NCBI GenBank assembly: GCA_003009755.1
Contig: PXUB01000005.1
Location: forward strand, 25,460-57,567
Direction: 5' to 3'
DNA length: 32,108 bases
From: Thermoplasmatales archaeon SW_10_69_26
GTDB taxonomy: Archaea; Thermoplasmatota; SW-10-69-26
Part shown: one piece after another, positions 1-6,813 of the stretch
Position numbering within the stretch: the first letter of the stretch is position 1
How the letters are laid out: every line of letters starts with the position of its first letter
Position numbers and translations under genes: made by a program
Notes under the pieces: model-generated
Told to the model about the DNA's origin: nothing
Seen by the model: the letters and a program-made list of their open reading frames with translations, nothing else
Databases searched by the model: none

Positions 1-221
1 CCTTCGACCGCACCGCCGAACCCGAGGACGTCGACAGCACGATGGAGTGGGGCACCACGCGCGCCCTGAAAGCCACCGACGCCGACCACGTCGACGTCGT
101 CACCGACGAGGGCGCCCAGGGCAAGGAACCGATGATGCGCCTGTTCGCCACCGACCCGGACGATCTCGTCGCCAAGGTCACCGCGATCCAGGACCAGCTC
201 TCGCGACGCGATCACGGCTGA
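1..221 (+). CDS. thiN: 3' end of thiamine-phosphate synthase ThiN domain protein (possibly ThiDN fusion); 5'-truncated by the window
   Basis: Frame starting at nt 3 (absent from the ORF track) reads FDRTAEPEDVDSTMEWGTTRALKATDADHVDVVTDEGAQGKEPMMRLFATDPDDLVAKV...HG*, with TGA at 219-221. STMEWG and D.G..GKEPM.R are ThiN motifs. Confidence 0.85.
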   Translation, partial: FDRTAEPEDVDSTMEWGTTRALKATDADHVDVVTDEGAQGKEPMMRLFATDPDDLVAKVTAIQDQLSRRDHG

Positions 222-230
222 GAGGGAACA

Positions 231-301
231 CGCAGAGGAGCAGGGAAGCAGAGGAAAGCAGCCCTCGGGGCGGAACTGCCGGCCCCCCTGCTTCTCCTGC
301 G
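231..301. terminator. Imperfect inverted repeat between convergent genes; possible bidirectional terminator
   Basis: cgcagaggagcaggg (231-245) is nearly complementary to ccctgcttctcctgcg (286-301). Confidence 0.35.
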
Positions 302-329
302 CGCTTCCCATCCACCGCGTTCGTGCCGG

Positions 330-599
330 CTAATCGAAGCGCTTCTTCACGAACACGACCAGGAAGGCGCCGCCGACGAAGACCGTGAACACCAACGGGA
401 ACGCGGTGCGCGGCGCCTGCACGAGCACGTCGCGCAGCAACCAGGCGACGAGCGTGGTGACGGCGGCGAGCCCGATCGCGATGGCGGCCGTCGGGCCGTG
501 GACGTTCCAGCCGATGGCGGGCCAACCCCGAGCCCAGGCAAAAGCCTCCGCGTCCCAGGCCGGTGGAAGACGAGCCTCTCCGGTCCTCGTCCCCTCCAT
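330..599 (-). CDS. Small membrane protein with two TM helices, unknown function; start uncertain
   Basis: Hydrophobic segments AAIAIGLAAVTTLVAWLL and AFPLVFTVFVGGAFLVVFV are followed by KKRFD; GC-rich third positions in the 3' half. Confidence 0.55.
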   Translation of the reverse strand: MEGTRTGEARLPPAWDAEAFAWARGWPAIGWNVHGPTAAIAIGLAAVTTLVAWLLRDVLVQAPRTAFPLVFTVFVGGAFLVVFVKKRFD

Positions 600-726
600 C
601 GGTGCTGTTCACCTGCCTATGTCGGCTCGTCCGCCGAGCACCTGTTCCCTCCGTGGGATCCTCTGAGCCTCTGTGTCTTGTGGTCGGGTTCGATGCTCTT
701 TGCCCTCCTCCCCCCTGCCTGGCCCT

Positions 727-1704
727 CTACCGGCTCTGCAGCTGGGCGAAGTCCGAGGGCAGCCGCTCCTCCATCGCCGGCTCCCAGCCCAGCTCGTCGC
801 GGGCCCGCCGGCTCGAGTACGTGAGCGGCACCTCGAGCGCCTCGATCATCTCGACCGACAGCGGGGGCACCTTGCCCGCCAGCTTGTAGGGTGCCTGCAC
901 GACGTGGGCCAACAGCTTGGCGGCCCACAGGGGCGCGGTGCGGTCGGGCGCCGGCTGCCCGCTGGCCTCGGCGAAGGTGTCCCAAAGCTCCCCCAGCGTC
1001 AGGTTGCGGTCGTTGAAGATGTAGCAGCCCTCGCCGTGCTCGAGCGCGCCAAGCGTGCCCTCGACCACGTCCTCGACGTGCACGAACCCGGTCGGGTTGT
1101 CGCCCCTCATGCGCCACACGTTGCCCTCGAGGAAGGCCTCCATCAGGCCTTGGAACCCGCTGCCGACGCCGAGCACGACGCTGGGCATCGGCACCACGAG
1201 CCGCATCCCGCCGTGGTTCTCGAGCACGTGCTCGTGGGCGGCGTGCTTGGTCTCGGCGTAGAGGTTCTGGAACTCGGGGTAGCGCTTCTCGACGGCGCGT
1301 TCCTCCGGGTACAAGCCCCCGGGCGTGGGTCCGATCGCGGCCACGCTGCTCACGTGGCAGAACACGTCGACGCCGGCGTCCTTGGCGGCCGCCAGCACGT
1401 TCTCGGTGCCCGCCACGTTCGTCGCCCGGAACAGTTGCTCCTTGCTCGACGGGATCCCGAAGGCGATCCAGGCGGCGGCGTGGATCACGGTGTCGGGGTC
1501 GCCGATCGCGAACCCGTCCGGATCGGTGATATCGCCCTCCTGGACCTCGGCGCCGGCCGCAGCCAGGTCCTCCCCGCGGTTGGCCTCGCGGGTCAGCACG
1601 GTCACGTCGGCGCCGGCCTCGAGGATCTCGCGCACCAGCCGACCGCCGATGAACCCGGTGGCGCCGGTCACGAAGACGTCCCGCCCCTCCCAGAACCCAG
1701 ACAT
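727..1704 (-). CDS. NAD-dependent epimerase/dehydratase (extended SDR, dihydroflavonol-reductase/HpnA-like)
   Basis: VFVTGATGFIG Rossmann motif, VIHAAA, NVAGTENV, HVSSVAAIG, catalytic YAETK and FVHVEDV. Start placed at ATG 1704 (MSGFWEGR). Confidence 0.9.
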   Translation of the reverse strand: MSGFWEGRDVFVTGATGFIGGRLVREILEAGADVTVLTREANRGEDLAAAGAEVQEGDITDPDGFAIGDPDTVIHAAAWIAFGIPSSKEQLFRATNVAGTENVLAAAKDAGVDVFCHVSSVAAIGPTPGGLYPEERAVEKRYPEFQNLYAETKHAAHEHVLENHGGMRLVVPMPSVVLGVGSGFQGLMEAFLEGNVWRMRGDNPTGFVHVEDVVEGTLGALEHGEGCYIFNDRNLTLGELWDTFAEASGQPAPDRTAPLWAAKLLAHVVQAPYKLAGKVPPLSVEMIEALEVPLTYSSRRARDELGWEPAMEERLPSDFAQLQSR

Positions 1705-1835
1705 CGGCGCCGGATGCCCGGCTTGGGGTTTCAACGTCGCGGAACCGCTCGCGGCGTGCTTCCGGCGGCCCGACCCGAACGCTTTTCATTCATCCGGGCC
1801 CGATAGGGTCCCGGCCCCCGCAGCCGGGGAAGGGA

Positions 1836-4800
1836 ATGCCCGTGACCAAGCTCGTCATCGTCGAGTCGCCGGCCAAGGTCGACACGGTCCAGCAGTACCT
1901 CCCCAGCGAGTACGAGGTCGACAGCTGCGTCGGCCACGTGCGGGATCTGCCGCGCAACGCCGACGACGCCCCCGCCCACGTCCAGGACGAGGACTGGGCC
2001 GACTACGGCGTCAACGTCGACGACGGCTTCGAGCCGATCTACGTCACCGTGGACGGCAAGCGCGACGTGATCCAGCGCTTGCGCAAGCGGCTGCGCGAGG
2101 CCGACGAGCTGTACCTGGCCACCGACGAGGACCGCGAGGGCGAGAGCATCAGCTGGCACCTCGTCGAGGCGCTGGATCCCGACGTCCCCGTCAAGCGGAT
2201 GGTGTTCAACGAGATCACGAAGAACGCCGTCGAAGCCGCCCTGGAGGACCCCCGCGACCTCGACATGGACCTCGTCGAGGCCCAGGAGACCCGCCGCATC
2301 CTCGACCGGCTGTACGGGTACACGATCTCGCCGCTGTTGTGGGACAAGGTCGACGCCGGCAACGAGTGGCTGTCCGCCGGCCGCGTCCAGTCGCCGGCGG
2401 TCCGCCTCGTCGTGATGCGCGAGCGCGAGCGCCGGGCCTTCACCAGCGCCGAGTACTGGGACCTGCAGGCCCTGCTGTCCGACCAGGGCGAACGCTTCGG
2501 CGCGACGTTGTTCGCGCTCGACGGCACGCGGCTGGCGACCGGCGAGGACTTCGACCGCTCGACGGGCGAGCTCGAGCCCGGCGCCGACCGGATCGTGCTC
2601 GACGAAGACCAGGCCCGCGACCTCGTCGACGAGCTCGAGCCGCTGCCCTGGGAGATCGCCGACGTGAACGAGCGGCCACGCCAGTCCAGCCCGCCGGCCC
2701 CGTTCAAGACGAGCACGCTGCAGAAAGCCGCCAACTCGCGGCTGAACATGAGCCCCGGCCACGCGATGAGCGTCGCCCAGGACCTCTACGAGGACGGGCA
2801 CATCACCTACATGCGCACCGACAGCACCCACCTCTCCGAGGAGGGCGTCGAGGGTGCGCGCAAGGCGATCGCCGACGAGTGGAGCACCAACCTCTACGAG
2901 GGCCCCCGCTCGCATGGCGGATCCACCGCCGACGAGGCCGAGGAGGCCCACGAGGCGATCCGCCCCGCCGGCTCGACGTTCGAGGCCCCCGACGACACCG
3001 GGCTCACCGGCCGCCACGAGCAGCTGTACGATTTGATCTACCGCCGCACGCTGGCCAGCCAGATGCCCAACGAACGCTACACCAGCAACACCGCGTTCGT
3101 CGACGCCGGCCGGGCCCGGTTCAAGGCGACCGGCAAGCAGGTCGACGTCGCCGGCTACCGGCTGGCCTGGCCCACCAAGTCCGACGCCAACCAGCTACCC
3201 GAGCTGACGCCCGGCGACCAGGTCACGCTCGAGAACCTCGAACCCGACGGCCACGAGACCAAGCCGCCCAAGCGCTACACCGAGGCCAGCCTCGTCGACG
3301 CGCTCGAGGAGGAGGGCATCGGCCGACCCAGCACGTACGCCTCGATCATCTCCCGCATCCAGGAGAAGGACTACGTCGACAAGCACGGCCGCTCGCTCGT
3401 GCCGACGCTGACCGCCTTCGCCGTCGTCACCTTCCTCGAGGAGCACTTCCCCCACCTCGTCGAGATGGGCTTCACCGCCGACATGGAGCAGACCCTCGAC
3501 CGGATCGCCACGGGCGAGGCCGAGGCCCGCCCCTACCTGGAGGCGTTCTTCCTCGGCGACGACGGCCTGCAGGCCCGCGTGGACGCCAAGGACGAGGAGG
3601 TCGACGGCTCCCAGGCCCGCGCCATCACGTTCGAGGACCTCGACTACACGATCAAGCTCGGCCGCTATGGCCCCTACGTCGAGCACGATCCCCCCGACGG
3701 CGAGACGGTGCGCGCCAACCTCCCCGACGACCTTACCCCCGACGAGATCGACGAGGACCTCGTCCAACGCGTCATCGAGGAGGAGGCCCACACCGCCCAG
3801 GACCTCGGCGAGGACCCCGCCACCGGCGACGAGATCCACCTCCTCGACGGCCGCTACGGCTACTACGTCCAGCGCGGCCACCCCGAGGAAGTCGACGATC
3901 CCGACCGCGCCTCGCTGCCGGAAGACCTGTCCCCCGACGAGGTCGACCGCGAGCTCGCCAGCTGGCTTCTGTCCTTGCCGGCGGAGATCGGCGACCACCC
4001 GGACGGCGGCGAGGTGCTGGTCGGCATCGGGCGATACGGTCCCTACGTCCGCCACGACGACCCCTCCGGCGATCAGACGTACGAGAACGTCGACGACTGG
4101 CGCCAACTGCAAGATCTCAGCCTCGAGGCGGCGCTCGACGTGCTCGAGGAACCCGCGCTGGGCTCCCACCCGGACACGGGCCAGCCGGTGTTCCTCCGCG
4201 ATGGCCGCTATGGCCCCTACGTCCAACTCGGCGACGCCGACGAGGTCGAGGGCAAGCCGCCCCGCGCCTCCCTGCCCGAGGACCTGGACCCGGACCAGGT
4301 GGACGTCGAGCTGGCGGCCTGGCTTCTGTCCTTGCCGGCGGGGATCGGCGACCACCCGGACGGCGGCGAGGTGCTCGTCGGCATCGGCCGGTACGGTCCC
4401 TACGTCCGTCGCGACGACCCCTCCGGCGATCAGACGTACGAGAACGTCGACGACTGGCGCCAGCTGCGCGGCCTCGAGCTCGAGGAGGCGCTGGCCGTCC
4501 TCGGCGACGGCGCAGACGACACCAGCCCGTTCGGCAAGCTCGGCTCCCACCCCGACACGGGCCAGCCGATCGAGCTGCGCGATGGCCGCTATGGCCCCTA
4601 CGTCAGCCACGGCGACGACAACAATAGCCTCCCCGACGAGATGACGCCCGACGAGGTCACGCTCGACGACGCCGTGTTCCTGGTCGGGCTCCCCGAGACC
4701 CTCGGCGAGGCCCCCAACGGCGACACGCTGCTCAAGGACCTCGGCCGCTACGGGCCCTACGTCGCGCGCAAGGACGCGGGCGGAGACCGAACCTACGTCA

Positions 4801-5039
4801 GCCTCGTCGACTACCGGGACCTGGTCAAGACACAGCGCGAGGACGCCCTGTTCTGCCTGGACCTCCCCGAGCGGCTCGGCGACCACCCCGAGGGCGGCAC
4901 CGTGCACGTCGACAGGGACCGCGATGGCCTCTACCTCGAGCACCGCGACGAGGGCGGCCAGACGCTGAAGGAGGTTCGCGGGCTGCGGGCACCGGCGCTC
5001 CGCGAGATGGCGCTGGCCGAAGCCCTCGCCCACCTGTAG
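1836..5039 (+). CDS. topA: DNA topoisomerase I (type IA, bacterial-type) with about 8 C-terminal Topo_C_Rpt-like repeats
   Basis: LVIVESPAK, GHVRDLP, LATDEDREGE, LSAGRVQS, catalytic GHITYMRTDS, EAHEAIRP and GIGRPSTYA; C-terminal GRYGPYV repeats and no Cys4 zinc ribbons. Confidence 0.97.
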   Translation: MPVTKLVIVESPAKVDTVQQYLPSEYEVDSCVGHVRDLPRNADDAPAHVQDEDWADYGVNVDDGFEPIYVTVDGKRDVIQRLRKRLREADELYLATDEDREGESISWHLVEALDPDVPVKRMVFNEITKNAVEAALEDPRDLDMDLVEAQETRRILDRLYGYTISPLLWDKVDAGNEWLSAGRVQSPAVRLVVMRERERRAFTSAEYWDLQALLSDQGERFGATLFALDGTRLATGEDFDRSTGELEPGADRIVLDEDQARDLVDELEPLPWEIADVNERPRQSSPPAPFKTSTLQKAANSRLNMSPGHAMSVAQDLYEDGHITYMRTDSTHLSEEGVEGARKAIADEWSTNLYEGPRSHGGSTADEAEEAHEAIRPAGSTFEAPDDTGLTGRHEQLYDLIYRRTLASQMPNERYTSNTAFVDAGRARFKATGKQVDVAGYRLAWPTKSDANQLPELTPGDQVTLENLEPDGHETKPPKRYTEASLVDALEEEGIGRPSTYASIISRIQEKDYVDKHGRSLVPTLTAFAVVTFLEEHFPHLVEMGFTADMEQTLDRIATGEAEARPYLEAFFLGDDGLQARVDAKDEEVDGSQARAITFEDLDYTIKLGRYGPYVEHDPPDGETVRANLPDDLTPDEIDEDLVQRVIEEEAHTAQDLGEDPATGDEIHLLDGRYGYYVQRGHPEEVDDPDRASLPEDLSPDEVDRELASWLLSLPAEIGDHPDGGEVLVGIGRYGPYVRHDDPSGDQTYENVDDWRQLQDLSLEAALDVLEEPALGSHPDTGQPVFLRDGRYGPYVQLGDADEVEGKPPRASLPEDLDPDQVDVELAAWLLSLPAGIGDHPDGGEVLVGIGRYGPYVRRDDPSGDQTYENVDDWRQLRGLELEEALAVLGDGADDTSPFGKLGSHPDTGQPIELRDGRYGPYVSHGDDNNSLPDEMTPDEVTLDDAVFLVGLPETLGEAPNGDTLLKDLGRYGPYVARKDAGGDRTYVSLVDYRDLVKTQREDALFCLDLPERLGDHPEGGTVHVDRDRDGLYLEHRDEGGQTLKEVRGLRAPALREMALAEALAHL
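3963..4604 (+). repeat. Intragenic tandem duplication in the topA C-terminal region
   Basis: About 3963-4110 is nearly identical to 4320-4467 (offset 357 nt, 119 codons); 4161-4223 closely matches 4542-4604. Confidence 0.9.
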
Positions 5040-5109
5040 CCTCGCCGGTCAGCTCGAGCACGTCCAGGCCCTCGTCACCCGTCGGGCGGGCAGCCGGTGC
5101 CTGGATAAC

Positions 5110-5133
5110 AGGCGTTCGTCAACGCCTCTTAAC
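5110..5133 (+). promoter_or_regulatory. Putative tasA promoter: 7-bp inverted repeat abutting a TATA-like element
   Basis: aggcgtt-cgtc-aacgcct (5110-5127) is followed directly by cttaac (5128-5133); SD gaggtg at 5170-5175 precedes ATG 5184. Confidence 0.45.
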
Positions 5134-5183
5134 CCCCACCAGGAGAGCAACTCACGCGCCCTTCGGCGCGAGGTGTTGCCACC

Positions 5184-5777
5184 ATGAACCCATCCGATCT
5201 CCGCAAGGGTCTCGTCACCAGCCTGCTCACGATCGCGCTCGCGACAGGCGTAGGTGCCTACGGGACCTTCGCGTACTTCAACGACACCGAGGAAAGCACG
5301 TCGAACGTCTTCTCCAGCGGAACGCTGGACCTGGCGCTGGACAGCCCCGACAGCGTCGACGCGTTCGTTGGCGCCGACAACTTCGCGCCCGGCGACGCCG
5401 AGAACGGCACCCTGTTCCTCGAGAACAAGGGATCGATCTCCAGCTACGACGGCGACGGCCACAACGTCAGCCTCTCGCTGGCCGTCTCCCTGGACCAGCA
5501 GGACGCCGACGGCGCCACCACCGACATGGCCAGCTACCTCGAGCTGACCGAGCTCACCTACGGCGCGAACGATCTCACCAGCGAGGTCGCCGACGCCAAC
5601 GAGAACGGCCGCACCGACCTCGCCGACCTGGCCGCCAGCAACGTGACCGACCTCGAGGACCCCGGCAGCGCGGGCCGCGACCTCGCCGTCACCGTCGACT
5701 TCGCCGAGGACGCCGGCAACGACCTGCAGGGCGACAGCGTCGACGCGACGTTCGCGTTCACGCTCGAACAGCGCTGA
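5184..5777 (+). CDS. TasA/CalY (camelysin, M73) family protein with SipW-dependent signal peptide
   Basis: Hydrophobic leader followed by GTFAYFNDTEESTSNVFSSGTLDL (SipW-type signal peptide signature), NFAPGD..GTL.L.NKGS and C-terminal AGNDLQGDSVDATFAFTLEQ. Confidence 0.9.
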   Translation: MNPSDLRKGLVTSLLTIALATGVGAYGTFAYFNDTEESTSNVFSSGTLDLALDSPDSVDAFVGADNFAPGDAENGTLFLENKGSISSYDGDGHNVSLSLAVSLDQQDADGATTDMASYLELTELTYGANDLTSEVADANENGRTDLADLAASNVTDLEDPGSAGRDLAVTVDFAEDAGNDLQGDSVDATFAFTLEQR

Positions 5778-5791
5778 CCCGCCCGACGGCC

Positions 5792-5823
5792 ACGGGGGCT
5801 GGGCCCCCGTCTCCCTTCTCTTC
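5792..5823 (+). terminator. Hairpin plus pyrimidine tract between tasA-like gene and sipW
   Basis: acgggggc-tgg-gcccccgt (5792-5810) followed by ctcccttctcttc. Confidence 0.55.
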
Positions 5824-5826
5824 ATC

Positions 5827-6396
5827 ATGCTCACGAACCGGCGATGGATCGTCGGCCTGCTGGCCGCCCTCACCCTGGCCGCAGCCGCTCCCATCGCCGT
5901 GTACGCTCAACCGGGCTTGGTCGGCGACGACGAGGCCCGCATCGTCCTCACCGGATCGATGGAGCCGGCGGTCTCGCCCGGCGACGTCGTCCTTCTCGAC
6001 ACCGACGTCACCGTCGACGAGGTACGCGTCGGCGATGTCGTCACCTTCCGCGGGCACGCCGACGCCGGGACCACCTACACCCACCGTGTCGTGGACGTCA
6101 GCGAGAACACCGGCGGCACCGTGCTCGTCACCAAGGGCGACGCCAACGAGGACCCCGACCCGATGCGGGTCGACGACGCGATGCTCGTCGGCGCGGTGGA
6201 CCACCAGATCCCCGTCTACGGTAAGGCCGTCGACGGGGCCCACTCGCTGCCGCTGGCTCCCCTGTTGGTCGGGCTCAGCATCGTCACGATCGTCCACGAG
6301 CTCGTCCGCCTGCGCTCGCGCCCCGCCGAGGGCGTCGGCTTCGACCCCGTCGAGGGCCAGACCCCCGAGGGGGCCACGTTCGAGGTGGTCCGATGA
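5827..6396 (+). CDS. sipW: Signal peptidase I, SipW/ER type (S26B)
   Basis: VLTGSMEP (catalytic Ser), GDVV, YTHRVV (catalytic His) and TKGDAN; N- and C-terminal TM helices; adjacent to a TasA-family gene. Confidence 0.92.
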   Translation: MLTNRRWIVGLLAALTLAAAAPIAVYAQPGLVGDDEARIVLTGSMEPAVSPGDVVLLDTDVTVDEVRVGDVVTFRGHADAGTTYTHRVVDVSENTGGTVLVTKGDANEDPDPMRVDDAMLVGAVDHQIPVYGKAVDGAHSLPLAPLLVGLSIVTIVHELVRLRSRPAEGVGFDPVEGQTPEGATFEVVR

Positions 6397-6812
6397 TGCG
6401 CACCCTGCTGGTGGTCGCCCTCGTCGCCACCGCCGGCTTCCTGGCGCTGGAGACCGTGCCCACGCTGGCCGGCCTCGCCGACGAGGAGCAGGCCGCAGGA
6501 TCCTTCACCGTCGACCTCTGCCACGAGCGCGACTGCAAGATCGCGCACGCTGACAGCCTCGAGGACCACGACTGCGAGGAGGATCGCTGGAAGTTCGTCA
6601 TCACGCGGGTCGACACCGACCGGGCGCCCTCCAGCATCCACGTCACCTGGGAAGGCGGCGCCGACGCCACCGTCGGCCTCGACCGCGCCAGGGGCAAGAC
6701 CGCCCACTACACGACGTCTTCGTACACGGACCGCCCCGTCGAGGACGCGACAGCCCGCATCTACGAGGCGTGGGACGGCAACTTCAGGCTCGGCGAAGGT
6801 CCGTGCTCGTGA
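6393..6812 (+). CDS. Small secreted protein, probable second SipW substrate, 4 Cys
   Basis: ATGA overlap with the sipW stop; leader MMRTLLVVALVATAGFLALETVPTLAGLADEEQAAGSFT resembles a degenerate T.A...D.E....F SipW cleavage region. Confidence 0.75.
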   Translation: MMRTLLVVALVATAGFLALETVPTLAGLADEEQAAGSFTVDLCHERDCKIAHADSLEDHDCEEDRWKFVITRVDTDRAPSSIHVTWEGGADATVGLDRARGKTAHYTTSSYTDRPVEDATARIYEAWDGNFRLGEGPCS

Positions 6813-6813
6813 A

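Noticed and set aside
222-330. TPP riboswitch associated with thiN
   Set aside because: The region is downstream of thiN and I cannot see the TPP aptamer consensus; it is only an inverted repeat.
3660-4940. Repeated ggccgcta(c/t)gg(c/t)ccctacgtc units as a CRISPR array or mobile element
   Set aside because: In-frame protein repeats of TopA with long, irregular, mutually homologous spacing; no cas or transposase genes.
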